Of a stretch of DNA of 64,000 bases, positions 1 to 9,061 are shown piece by piece. The DNA comes from Candidatus Methylomirabilia bacterium (GTDB lineage Bacteria; Methylomirabilota; Methylomirabilia; Rokubacteriales; CSP1-6). Numbering within the stretch: position 1 is the stretch's first letter; each line of letters starts with the position of its first letter. Where the stretch lies: contig JBGQEL010000005.1 of the NCBI GenBank assembly GCA_041496385.1, positions 31,299 through 95,298 on the forward strand. The letters are read 5' to 3'. A program made the translations under genes and the position numbers. The notes below the pieces were generated by a model. It was not told the DNA's origin, searched no databases, and saw only the letters and a list, made by a program, of their open reading frames with translations.

Positions 1-1045
1 CGTTCGCGACGAAGTTGAGCTGGGCGAGCTGGTCCGGATCGCCGATCCCGCAGTTCGTGCCGAGCAGGCCGAGCGTCTCGTACTCGACCGGCGAGACCAC
101 TTCCTTGCCGGCCGCGTCGTGGTACACGTTGCTACACTGGATCACGCAGCCCGGCATGCAGGCGTGGGTGTGCTCGCCGCCGCGCGAGACGTTGAGCTGG
201 CTGATGTACTCGCCGCCCATCTTGAACTTCTCGCCGGTGGAGACGTCGACGAGCCGGCCGGCGCTGAAGTTGCGGACCGGAAGGCCGCCCAGGGTGTTCT
301 GGAGATCGGCCATGCCCATGGTGCCGATCTTCGCGTAGAAGTTCGTCACCAGCGAGTCGGCCAGCAGCATCTTCGCGTAGTCCTTGATGGCGGCGTTGAC
401 CTTCTTGGCGTCCTCGAACGGCGGAATCTTGTCCAGATCCACCACGACGGCCTTGACCTTCTTCGACCCCATCACCGCGCCCACGCCGCCGCGCGCCGAC
501 AGCCGCGCCGGGCGTCCGTCCTTGTCGCTGAAGGCGATGCCCGCGAGGAGTCCCTGGTACTCGCCCACGGGACCGCAGAGGGCGATCGTCACCTTCTTGC
601 CGTAGCGGGCGTGCAGCATGCCCTGAGCCTCGAAATTGCCCTTGCCGAGATAGGGCGCCGCGTCGTCGAAATCGATGGCGCCGTCCTTCTTGAAGTGGAT
701 GACCACCCAGCCCGCGGACGCGCCGTGCAGCGTGAACCCGGCGACCTTCTGCTGGCCCAGCCCGTAGCTGAACGTGCCCCCGCCGTTCGCCTCCTTGATG
801 CCGCCGGTGAGCGGGCTCTTGCACCCGACGCTCGTCCGGTTCGCGTTGGACCAGCTGGTCCCGGCGAAGGGGCCGGCCGAGAAGACCAGCGGGTTCCGCG
901 GGGACAGCGGATCGATCGTCGCCGCGCCCAGCTCCAGCAGCGTCTTGGCGATCAGATAGCGTCCGGCCTTGACGATCGCCTCGCCGGCCAGCTCGCGCTT
1001 TGCGATCGTGCGGTCGTTCAGGTCGATGTCGTAGTAGGTGCGCAT
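1..1045 (-). CDS. Aldehyde ferredoxin oxidoreductase family (W/Mo-pterin), N-terminal part; runs off the left edge
   Basis: Not in the ORF track because it is open at the edge. Manual translation gives MRTYYDIDLNDRTI...IDPLSPRNPLVFSAGPFAGT...KSPLTGGIKEANGGG...ARGGVGAVMGSKKVKA...HACMPGCVIQC...VEYETLGLLGTNCGI, which are AOR motifs. GGAGGA SD upstream. Confidence 0.9.
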   Translation of the reverse strand, partial: MRTYYDIDLNDRTIAKRELAGEAIVKAGRYLIAKTLLELGAATIDPLSPRNPLVFSAGPFAGTSWSNANRTSVGCKSPLTGGIKEANGGGTFSYGLGQQKVAGFTLHGASAGWVVIHFKKDGAIDFDDAAPYLGKGNFEAQGMLHARYGKKVTIALCGPVGEYQGLLAGIAFSDKDGRPARLSARGGVGAVMGSKKVKAVVVDLDKIPPFEDAKKVNAAIKDYAKMLLADSLVTNFYAKIGTMGMADLQNTLGGLPVRNFSAGRLVDVSTGEKFKMGGEYISQLNVSRGGEHTHACMPGCVIQCSNVYHDAAGKEVVSPVEYETLGLLGTNCGIGDPDQLAQLNFVAN

Positions 1046-1178
1046 GGGGTGTCCTCCGGGCCTTGATCCTGCCACGCCGGCCCCCGACGGGTCAAAGCCG
1101 GACGCGGGCCCGACCGAGGGTGTTGCAGACCGGGGGGGGGGTGGTTACGAGCTTGGGGGCGACGTCACGTGAGGCGCG

Positions 1179-1382
1179 TCACTCGTCGCCCCAGGGACGG
1201 GCGCGCTGCAGGGCCCGACGGCGCTTCTTACGGGCCTGCGCCTGCTTGCGCTTGCGCTTGACCGACGGCTTCTCGTAGTGCGCGCGACGCTTCATCTCCT
1301 GGAAGAGGCCGTCCTTCTGCATCTGCTTCTTCAACGTCTTGAGCGCCGCTTCGATCTGGTTGTCGAAGACCTCGACCTTCAT
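1179..1382 (-). CDS. rpsU: 30S ribosomal protein S21
   Basis: IEAALKTLKK...EMKRRAHYEKPSVKRKRK is the S21 signature. Confidence 0.95.
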   Translation of the reverse strand: MKVEVFDNQIEAALKTLKKQMQKDGLFQEMKRRAHYEKPSVKRKRKQAQARKKRRRALQRARPWGDE

Positions 1383-1598
1383 TTACCGGCTCCGCAGGTG
1401 CGACGTCGAGCGATGGGTACGCACGGCAACCGAACGGTCCACGACGTTCATCTGCACGAGCCGCTTCGTCCCATGAGCCACGGCACTGGCGATCGTCGGA
1501 AACGTCTCGCGCGACTCCTCGACGACCTCGCCGGCGTAGTTGACGATGCGCCAGCGCCAGCTGGGATCGTTGGGGGTGGAAAACGCGGCAACCTGCAT
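1383..1598 (-). CDS. Small hypothetical protein (WRWRIV motif)
   Basis: 71-aa ORF whose TAA directly abuts the rpsU ATG; co-oriented between rbp and rpsU. Confidence 0.65.
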   Translation of the reverse strand: MQVAAFSTPNDPSWRWRIVNYAGEVVEESRETFPTIASAVAHGTKRLVQMNVVDRSVAVRTHRSTSHLRSR

Positions 1599-1610
1599 CC
1601 CTGGGCCCGT

Positions 1611-1940
1611 CTACCAGCGATTCCCGCCGCGACTGCTGCCCCGGAAGCCGCCCCCGCCGCCGCCCCCACCACCGCTGCGGCCGCCGCCCGAGCCCGAGGG
1701 CTTGGCCAGCTCGACCTTGAGCGTCCGGCCGTCGACTTCCTGGCCGTTGAACTTCTTGACCGCCGCGTCGGCTTCCTCGGCCGTGGACATCTCGACGAAG
1801 CCGAACCCGCGCGAGCGGCCCGTGTCGCGGTCCATCACCACCGCCGCCGATTCCACCGCGCCCGCCTGCGCGAAGAGCTCGCGCAGCCGCTCGGTGGACG
1901 TGGAGAACGACAGGCCTCCGATGAAGAGCTTGTGCGCCAT
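1611..1940 (-). CDS. RRM RNA-binding protein with Gly-rich tail
   Basis: RNP2 (LFIGGL) and RNP1 (RGFGFVEM) motifs, GGG/RGG tail, GGAGG SD. Confidence 0.95.
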   Translation of the reverse strand: MAHKLFIGGLSFSTSTERLRELFAQAGAVESAAVVMDRDTGRSRGFGFVEMSTAEEADAAVKKFNGQEVDGRTLKVELAKPSGSGGGRSGGGGGGGGGFRGSSRGGNRW

Positions 1941-2176
1941 CGCGAACCTCCGAATCAGCCGCCCGCTGTTGACGACACTCCCTGGAACGCGGAAGGGGCC
2001 AGGGTCGTGGTCTGGTGAGGACGAGGTCCACGATGAACCGGCTACCGGGCCAGACCGCGGTAGTATGGCACGTTTGCTTCCCGGGCGTCGCCCTGGTTTC
2101 GGGGTGGCGACGCGGCCGGGGTCGGGCCCGCTTGCGCGGCGCGTGAGTGACCGCCTACTATCGGCGAACGGGACCG

Positions 2177-3364
2177 ATGGGGAACATCAGCGACGACCGT
2201 GCCAGCGGGGGGTACCTGGAACGCGTCCGGGGGCTCGGGCCTCGGATCGAGGCCTGCGCCGACCAGATCGAACAGGAGCGGCGGCTGCCATCGGCGCTGC
2301 TCGACGCGCTCTTCGACGCGGGGCTGTTCCGTCTGCTCCTGCCCCGCTCCCTCGGCGGCGGCGAGCTCGATCCGGTCAGCTTCGTGCACGTCATCGAGGA
2401 GGTCGCCAAGCTCGACGCGAGCACCGCGTGGGTGCTCTGCCAGACCGCCGGGTGCTCGATGGTCGCGGCTTACCTGCGACCCGACGTGGCCGCCGAGATC
2501 TTCGGGAGCGATCCTCGCGGGGTCCTCGCCTGGGGCCCGGGGCCGGACGCGCGGGCCGTCGCGGTCGAGGGCGGCTACCGCGTGACCGGCACGTGGAGCT
2601 TCGCGAGCGGCGGGCGCCACGCCACCTGGCTCGGCGGCCAGTGCCCCATCTACGAGCCCGACGGGACGCCGCGCCGGCGCGACGGCAACGCCCTCGAACA
2701 CCGCACGATGCTGTTCCCGGCGACGCGCGCCCGGATGATCGACGTCTGGCAGGTGATCGGACTCAGAGGGACGGGCAGTGACGCCTTCACCGTCTCGGAC
2801 CTGTTCGTGCCGCACGAGCGGTCGGTCGCGCGAGACGACCCGGCGGAGCGACGCCACGCCGGCCTGCTCTATTGCTTCCCGACCGGGAGCCTCTACGCGT
2901 CCGGATTCGCGGGCGTCGCGCTCGGCATCGCCCGGAGCACGCTCGACGCGTTTGTCGGCCTGGCGCGGGAAAAGACGCCCCGCGGGTCAACGCGCACGCT
3001 CCGTGACAACGCGGTGGTCCAGTCGCAGCTGGCCCAGGCGGAGGCGCGGCTGCGCTCGGCCCGGCTGTTCCTGCTGGCCTCACTCGAGGAGATCTGGCGC
3101 GAGGTCGGACGCGTCGGGCGTCTGACGCTCGAGCAGCGCGTGCTCATCCGCCTGGCGGCGACCTACGCCATCCATCAGGCGAAGGAGGCCGCCGACTTCG
3201 CCTATCACGCCGCCGGCGCGACCGCCGTCTTCACGAGCAGCGCATTCGAGCGCCGCTTCCGCGACATCCATACCGTCACCCAGCAGCTCCAGGGTCGCCA
3301 GGCGCACTTCGAGACGGTCGGGCAACACCTGCTCGGGCTCGCGCCGGACACGTCGTTCCTCTAG
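2177..3364 (+). CDS. Acyl-CoA dehydrogenase-fold flavin-dependent monooxygenase (HsaA-like)
   Basis: ERRLP...GGGELDP...VTGTWSFASG...WQVIGLRGTGS...FERRFRDIH; start uncertain (2147 or 2177). Confidence 0.85.
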   Translation: MGNISDDRASGGYLERVRGLGPRIEACADQIEQERRLPSALLDALFDAGLFRLLLPRSLGGGELDPVSFVHVIEEVAKLDASTAWVLCQTAGCSMVAAYLRPDVAAEIFGSDPRGVLAWGPGPDARAVAVEGGYRVTGTWSFASGGRHATWLGGQCPIYEPDGTPRRRDGNALEHRTMLFPATRARMIDVWQVIGLRGTGSDAFTVSDLFVPHERSVARDDPAERRHAGLLYCFPTGSLYASGFAGVALGIARSTLDAFVGLAREKTPRGSTRTLRDNAVVQSQLAQAEARLRSARLFLLASLEEIWREVGRVGRLTLEQRVLIRLAATYAIHQAKEAADFAYHAAGATAVFTSSAFERRFRDIHTVTQQLQGRQAHFETVGQHLLGLAPDTSFL

Positions 3365-3374
3365 GCACAGCACC

Positions 3375-4793
3375 TCACCGGTCCCCGGGTTCCTCGTCGG
3401 TCGACTTCCGGAGGTCGAGCATCGGCGGCAGGTTCGCCGACGTGTGCTCGAACATCTCCACGCGCGTGATCCGCGCCATCCGGCCCACGATGTCCCGGAT
3501 GCGGCCGGCCGCCTCGACGATCCGCGCGATACGGGCACTCCCGGGGTTCTCGCGGCCGAGCAGCGTCACCTGGCCGAGGAGGACCGTCAGCGGATTGTTG
3601 ATCTCGTGGGCGGCGGCACCGGCGACGGCGGCGACCGCGCGGAGCGCCGCGGCCTCGCGCTCGGTCTCCGCGAGGCGCTTCTCGTCGGAGATATCCACGA
3701 GGATGCCCTCCAGCAGGCCGGCATCGGTCGCGCGCAGGTTGACGCGGAGCCAGACGGGTGTCCCGTCGCGGCGCCGCCAGCACAGCTCCCGCCCGCTGGT
3801 CATCCCTCCCGGCTCGAGACCCGACAGCACCGCCTTCCGGTCGTTCAGGTCCATGTAGAAATCCGCGACGTGGTGGGGCAGGACGCTCTCGCGCGACTCG
3901 TAGCCCATCAGACGGGCGAAGCTCTCGTTGCAGTCAACGACGGTGCCGTCCCGCCGCGTCCACAGCACGCCCGCGAGGTTTCGCTCGAAGAGCAGCCGGT
4001 AACGCTCCTCGCTCTCCTGGAGCGCCTGCACCAGCGTCGCCAGCTCATCCTTCTGCCCGTGGAGGATGCGCGTCTGCGCCGCGACCTCCTCGGACAGGTG
4101 GGTGTGAAGCCGGTTGTGCCGGCGGGCGAGCACGTACGTGAGCCCGACCGCGACGGCCACGAACGCGACGTCGAAGACCGGCACGCTCTGGATCAGCCGC
4201 GCGGAGTGCAGAATGTCGTTCAGGCCGAAGCCGCCGTACCCGACGAAGCCCCATAGCAGCACCCTCCGTTCCGACCCGTCCAGAGCCGAGGTTCGCCAGA
4301 CCAGGCGGAAGCAATAGACGAACACGATCAGCACGTAGAAGGCGACCAGGGGCAGGACGCGGCCGGGAACAGGCGCGAGGTACCGGTGGCCGAGGAGATC
4401 GGTCCGCACGTACGCCTCGTGGGTCACGAACGCGTCGCCGAACCAGAGCAGAAGCATCCCTGCGCCGGTCGCGGCGAGTAGGGTCGCCACGAGGCGACGC
4501 GCGAGGGGCTGCTGGACGATCGCGTGGGTGAGACCGACGGACAGGACCGCGAGCAGGAGCGCGCTCATCCAGGACAATCGCGCTCCCAGCATCGCCTGGC
4601 CGGCCACGTCGGTGGAGTGCTGGATGTAGCGGCTCACGAGATACAGGACCGTGTTGGCGCACCAGGCGACGACCCAAAGGTGCAGCGGCTCGCTTCGCCG
4701 TCCGAGCCAGAGCCAGAGGTGCTGGAGCGCCACGTACGCGGCGACACCCACGAGCGGGAGCAACCGGAGCTCCGCCGAGAGGTCGCCGATCAC
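3375..4793 (-). CDS. Membrane sensor with multi-TM N-terminus, PAS and HisKA; no HATPase_c domain
   Basis: Several hydrophobic segments, ESEERYRLLFE PAS linker, H-box AHEINNPL; protein ends about 70 aa after the H-box. Confidence 0.8.
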   Translation of the reverse strand: MIGDLSAELRLLPLVGVAAYVALQHLWLWLGRRSEPLHLWVVAWCANTVLYLVSRYIQHSTDVAGQAMLGARLSWMSALLLAVLSVGLTHAIVQQPLARRLVATLLAATGAGMLLLWFGDAFVTHEAYVRTDLLGHRYLAPVPGRVLPLVAFYVLIVFVYCFRLVWRTSALDGSERRVLLWGFVGYGGFGLNDILHSARLIQSVPVFDVAFVAVAVGLTYVLARRHNRLHTHLSEEVAAQTRILHGQKDELATLVQALQESEERYRLLFERNLAGVLWTRRDGTVVDCNESFARLMGYESRESVLPHHVADFYMDLNDRKAVLSGLEPGGMTSGRELCWRRRDGTPVWLRVNLRATDAGLLEGILVDISDEKRLAETEREAAALRAVAAVAGAAAHEINNPLTVLLGQVTLLGRENPGSARIARIVEAAGRIRDIVGRMARITRVEMFEHTSANLPPMLDLRKSTDEEPGDR

Positions 4794-4956
4794 GACCGGT
4801 CCAGAACCTCGCGCGTCTTGCGGAGCAGCGCCGCGGGCATGCAGAGAATTCGGAGATTCCGATGGGCGCGTCGGGCGCGCCGGACGGTCTTCCAGGTACG
4901 ACGAGTCTACAAGCCGCTCGAGAGGTGGTCAATCGCCCGGGGCGCCGAAACCGGGA

Positions 4957-5460
4957 CTAGACCTGCTTGAGCATCGACTCGGCGTCGCTCACCTCGAACT
5001 TGCCCGGCTGCTCGACGTTGAGCGCCTTCACCATCCCGTCGTCGACGAGCATCGAGTACCGCTGCGAGCGGACGCCCATGCCGCGGGCCGTCAGGTCCAT
5101 GTCGAGCCCCAGGGCCTTGGCGAAGACGGCGCTGCCGTCGGCCATCATGCGGACCTTGCCCCCGCTCTTCTGATCCCGCCCCCAGGCGCCCATCACGAAG
5201 GCGTCGTTGACCGAGACGCACCAGATCTCGTCCACCTTCTTCGCCGTGAGCTTGTCGTGGTTCGCGACGTAGCCGGGCACGTGCTTGGCCGAGCACGTCG
5301 GGGTGAACGCGCCGGGCAGGCCGAAGATCACGATGCGCTTGCCCTTGGTGAGCGCCGAGACCTGGAAGTTGTTGGGGCCAATGGTGCATCCGGGGGTCTC
5401 CTGCTCGATCATCTCGGTCAGGGTCGCGTCGGGCAGCCTGTCGCCGACTCTGATCGCCAT
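4957..5460 (-). CDS. Peroxiredoxin, Prx5 subfamily
   Basis: GLPGAFTPTCSAKHVPG, SVNDAFVMGAW and RSQRYSMLV motifs; ATG at 5460 with GAGGA SD. Confidence 0.93.
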   Translation of the reverse strand: MAIRVGDRLPDATLTEMIEQETPGCTIGPNNFQVSALTKGKRIVIFGLPGAFTPTCSAKHVPGYVANHDKLTAKKVDEIWCVSVNDAFVMGAWGRDQKSGGKVRMMADGSAVFAKALGLDMDLTARGMGVRSQRYSMLVDDGMVKALNVEQPGKFEVSDAESMLKQV

Positions 5461-5471
5461 CTGCGTCCTCC

Positions 5472-6944
5472 TCATGAGCGTGGTGTGGGTATGACCGGAT
5501 CGCGGGATCGGGCCGCTCGTGGGGCGGAGGATACCACGCCGGAGGTCCGCGTGACCGCCTCGCCGAGCAGCCCCCAGTACGGCAGCGCGACGAGCAGGAT
5601 CGTCACGTACGCCACGAGCGTCATCCAGAGCCCGAAACGGAGGATCTCGCCCGCCGAGACGTGGCCGCGCTCGTGGATGACGAGCGAGGACGCGCTCTGC
5701 GCCGGGTAGTAGAGCACGGCGTCGCCGGTGATCATCACGACGAGCGCGCAGACCAGCGGGTTCAGACCGGCTTCGCGCCCCACCGACATCGCGATCGGCA
5801 GCGCCAGCGCCAGGAACCCCGAGATGTTCGGGATGAGCGCCCGGAGCAGCGTGGCGCCGAGCATGAGCAGCACGACGGTGCCGAGGGCGTGCCCGCCCAG
5901 CCCCGACAGCCCCCCGACGAGCCCGCGCGCGAGCCACGCCGCGGCGCCCGTCTCGCCGAGGGCCTGGGCGAGCGAGATCGAAGCGCCGATCACGAAGAAG
6001 TTCCCCCAGCCGACGCCGCGGTCGAGGTCGCTCCAGACAAGGGGTCCGAATCCCGGGATCAGGAGCGCCACGAGGGCGAGCAGCGCCGGGAGCGCCGGGT
6101 CGAGGTGATGGACCGCGTCCGTGAGCCAGAGGAGCGAGGCGCCGAGCACGACCGCGAGCGTGCGCCACTCGCGGGCAGCGAGCCGCCCGCGGCGCTCCGG
6201 GGGTGTCGCCGGCAGCACGCGGGCGAACTCACGGCGGTGGAGCGCCCACGTGAGCACGCCGCCCAGGACGAGGATCGCGTAGTACGGCACGGCCATGAGC
6301 GCGAACCACCCGGACCAGGACATGCCGCCGATGATCGCGGCGCTCATGACCGGGGTGATCCCGCCGGTGAGGAGCGCGGTCGAGGCGAGCCGGTTGATGG
6401 ACGCCAGCGCGAGCATGACCGCCTTGACGACGCCGGCGCCGCGGGGGACGCCCGCGAGCCCGAACACCTCCTCGTAGATGTGGACGAGGATGCCCGACCG
6501 CGTCGTCGCGGACGGCAGCAGCAGCGTCATGAGCGGCATCGCGAGCACGAGCTGGACGTAGACGCGCAGGGCCCGCCCGCGCGCATGCTCGAGGATGCGC
6601 CGGGCGACGCGCTCGGCCAGTCCGCTCTTCGCGACGGCGACACCCATCGCGAGGACGCCCACCAGGAAATACGGGACCGGGTTCGCGAAGCCGCCCAGGG
6701 CCTGACGGAAGCCGCCCGCGGCGCCCGTGAACGCGAGCAGAGCGACGCCGAGGAGCGCGGTGGCGCCGGAGTCGAGCACGCGCGTGGTCCAGAGGACGAT
6801 CGTCAGCAACGTGACGAGGAGCGCCCGCTGGCCGCGCAGCGGGAGGCCGGCGAAGAGCGGTGGAAGAAGGAGACCGAGCACGAGCGGGCCGAGGCCGGCC
6901 GCGAGGAGCCACGGCGCGTGCAGACGGCGGGCCTCGGGTCCCAT
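5472..6944 (-). CDS. DASS/SLC13 family anion permease
   Basis: Polytopic; GFANP, KSGLAERVA, LLPSATTR, ALLTGGITP motifs. Confidence 0.8.
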   Translation of the reverse strand: MGPEARRLHAPWLLAAGLGPLVLGLLLPPLFAGLPLRGQRALLVTLLTIVLWTTRVLDSGATALLGVALLAFTGAAGGFRQALGGFANPVPYFLVGVLAMGVAVAKSGLAERVARRILEHARGRALRVYVQLVLAMPLMTLLLPSATTRSGILVHIYEEVFGLAGVPRGAGVVKAVMLALASINRLASTALLTGGITPVMSAAIIGGMSWSGWFALMAVPYYAILVLGGVLTWALHRREFARVLPATPPERRGRLAAREWRTLAVVLGASLLWLTDAVHHLDPALPALLALVALLIPGFGPLVWSDLDRGVGWGNFFVIGASISLAQALGETGAAAWLARGLVGGLSGLGGHALGTVVLLMLGATLLRALIPNISGFLALALPIAMSVGREAGLNPLVCALVVMITGDAVLYYPAQSASSLVIHERGHVSAGEILRFGLWMTLVAYVTILLVALPYWGLLGEAVTRTSGVVSSAPRAARSRDPVIPTPRS

Positions 6945-7052
6945 CGGCGATGCGAGTGTACGTCGGCCGGGGCCGGTTCCGGAGAGATTGAGCCGGCAAC
7001 GCCCGGACGCGCCCCAGTCCCGCGAGCGCGCCCGGGTGCCGCCCGGCCCTTG

Positions 7053-7295
7053 CTACATGCCCAGGGCCTTCAGCCCTTCTTGCGCCGCCTTCACGGACTC
7101 GGCGTGCTTGCCCTCGGCGTGGAGGGCGGCCGCCTCGGCGGCCTTCGCCTTGGCGTCGGCGGCGGCCGGGTCGAACCGGGTCGCCGTCTCATCCTCGATC
7201 TTCTTGATCAGGCTCGGGCACTGGAATGCCAGCGCCGGGCCTGCCGCGAACGCGACGAGCGTCACGAGCGCGGCGGACAGAACGAAACCTCGCAT
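7053..7295 (-). CDS. Small secreted protein (CP...HxxGKHxES motif)
   Basis: Signal peptide ending ALA, AAGGAGG SD, helical Ala-rich body. Confidence 0.7.
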   Translation of the reverse strand: MRGFVLSAALVTLVAFAAGPALAFQCPSLIKKIEDETATRFDPAAADAKAKAAEAAALHAEGKHAESVKAAQEGLKALGM

Positions 7296-7335
7296 CGGGT
7301 CACCTCCTTTCGTCGGGATTCCCCGCGGCCCCGAC

Positions 7336-7842
7336 TCAGGGCCGCACCGGTTGCAGGATCTGCCGCATCTCGGACTGGAGCGTGCGCATCCGGTCCTTCA
7401 CCTGGGCCGCCTTGGTGAGCTGCGCGGCCGTGAGAATCGCGCGCACCTCGAGCGCAACCCGCGTGCTCTCCTGGAGGAGCTGCGTGCGAAGCTGCTCGAT
7501 CTGCTGGAGGTGGGCGGCGAGGTCCGTCTCCTGGAGCGCGCCCGGCGCGAAGAGCTTGTCGGCGAGGTCGTGCTGCGCCTGGCGGAGCTGCGCGAGGAGC
7601 GCGTGCGTGCTCGCGCGGCGCGCGGCGATGATGTCGCGCACCTTCGTCTCCTGCTCGGGCGTCAGCGCGGCGCCGCGGATCAGGAGCGGCAGCAGCAGGC
7701 CCGCGTCCTCGCCCGGGCTCATGAGCGTGGAGGGCAACGCCGACTGCGCCCGCGCGGGGGCCGCGCAGGCGAGCAGGGCGGCGAGGCCGACGAGCGCAAC
7801 CTGTCCGCGCATGGCGTGCCGCTTCCTGATGGCGTCAGCCAT
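7336..7842 (-). CDS. Spy/CpxP-like periplasmic protein
   Basis: Signal peptide and two LTxxQ motifs (LTPEQ, LTAAQ); start may be 7812. Confidence 0.8.
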   Translation of the reverse strand: MADAIRKRHAMRGQVALVGLAALLACAAPARAQSALPSTLMSPGEDAGLLLPLLIRGAALTPEQETKVRDIIAARRASTHALLAQLRQAQHDLADKLFAPGALQETDLAAHLQQIEQLRTQLLQESTRVALEVRAILTAAQLTKAAQVKDRMRTLQSEMRQILQPVRP

Positions 7843-8365
7843 CGATGTCCGGCCGCTCGAAGAGGTTCATCAGCCGCTCCATGTGCGCGTCCTCGTCGCA
7901 CCCGGTCGTCGTGGCCCAGTCCGGCCACTCGCAGCCGAGGTCTCGCGCCACGGGCGTTCCGAGGTCGGCGACCAGCGTGTCGGGCATGGACCACGTCGCG
8001 CGGCCGTGGACGGAGAACATCGTGAAGGACGCGTCCCGCAGGAATGCCATCGCCTCCTCCCGCTGGGCCGGCACCGACGGCGGCGCGACCGGCGGCCGCA
8101 CGGCCAAGTAGGCCCAGAGCGACAGGACGGCGACGAGGGTCGCGGCCATGGCCGCGACCGGGGCGAGCGACCGGCGGAGGACCGCGACGCGCGCGCGCGG
8201 CTCGGCGGTCCGGAGCAGGATGTAGCTGACCGTCTCCAGCTCGGCCGCGATCCTCCGGGAGCGCTCGGCGCAGCGCACGCACGCGGTGAGATGCGCACGC
8301 TGCGCGTCGCGCCCGCTCCCCGCGTGCAGGCGCATCAGCGTCCGGTCGGACAGGCAGCGGCTCAT
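7835..8365 (-). CDS. Putative zinc-binding anti-sigma factor (zf-HC2 plus TM)
   Basis: ATG at 8365 overlaps the sigma stop (ATGA); HLTACVRC fits HxxxCxxC; one TM helix. Confidence 0.75.
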   Translation of the reverse strand: MSRCLSDRTLMRLHAGSGRDAQRAHLTACVRCAERSRRIAAELETVSYILLRTAEPRARVAVLRRSLAPVAAMAATLVAVLSLWAYLAVRPPVAPPSVPAQREEAMAFLRDASFTMFSVHGRATWSMPDTLVADLGTPVARDLGCEWPDWATTTGCDEDAHMERLMNLFERPDIDG

Positions 8366-8910
8366 GCCCGGTCTTCCGCCGCGGCGGCGCGGAGCCGGTG
8401 GATCGCGCGGAAGAGGTGGCTCTTCACGCTGCCCGTCCTGATGCCGAGCGCCTCGGCCACCGCCTGGGTGGACCATCCTTCGAGCTGGCGGAGCACGAAG
8501 ACCTCGCGCTGGCGGTCGGGCAGGCCTCGAAAGGTCGCCCAGATCCGGCGCCACGTTTCCTCGCCGATGGCGCGCTCCTCGGGCGAAGCCTCGTGGGTCA
8601 GCAGCGTCACGTCCTCGACGCGGTCGGTGTGCCGGCGAAACCGCATCCACCACCCGGCCCGCCGCCGATCGCGGCAGGCGTTGACGGTCACGCGTGTGAG
8701 CCAGGCCCCCCAGTCGTAGGGCGGGTCCGGCCGGCCGAAGGCCTGAAGAAGTTTCAGAAACACGTCCTGCACGACCTCCTGGCTCTCCTGGGGATCGGCC
8801 AGAAGCAGCCGACAGAGTCTCGCCAAGCGGCGACCGTGCGCCTCGTAGAGCTGCTCGTAGGTCGGTGGACGCTCCACGCTGGCCCGGCGGTCGCCTTGCA
8901 ACGTCTCCAC
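8362..8910 (-). CDS. ECF RNA polymerase sigma factor
   Basis: Region 2 (EVVQDVFLK...WLTRVTVNACRD) and region 4 (LPDRQREVFVLR...GSVKSHLFRA). Confidence 0.92.
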   Translation of the reverse strand: METLQGDRRASVERPPTYEQLYEAHGRRLARLCRLLLADPQESQEVVQDVFLKLLQAFGRPDPPYDWGAWLTRVTVNACRDRRRAGWWMRFRRHTDRVEDVTLLTHEASPEERAIGEETWRRIWATFRGLPDRQREVFVLRQLEGWSTQAVAEALGIRTGSVKSHLFRAIHRLRAAAAEDRA

Positions 8911-8927
8911 GTCTCTCGCCTCGAAAT

Positions 8928-8953
8928 GACGAATCAGGGGGGCGGCGGTTGAC
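8928..8953 (-). promoter_or_regulatory. Putative autoregulatory ECF promoter GTCAAC-N16-CGTC
   Basis: AAC and CGT elements with a 16-nt spacer just upstream of the ECF gene. Confidence 0.5.
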
Positions 8954-8965
8954 AGGACGCGAGCG

Positions 8966-9056
8966 AAAAAGGGCCCGGCCGGCGCGTCAGGGCGGACCGC
9001 ACCACGCCATGAGACGTGGCCGGCCGCCCGGAGATTCAGGGACCCGCGGGAATGTC
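8966..9056 (-). terminator. Possible terminator or structured 3' UTR after ilvE
   Basis: Minus strand has nested stems (GGGCGG/CCGCCC, CCACGTC/GGCGTGG) ending in GGGCCC-TTTTT. Confidence 0.35.
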
Positions 9057-9061
9057 CGGCG

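Noticed and set aside
2066..2077. TGGCACGTTTGC resembling a sigma54 promoter
   Set aside because: GG-to-GC spacing is 7 nt rather than the required 10
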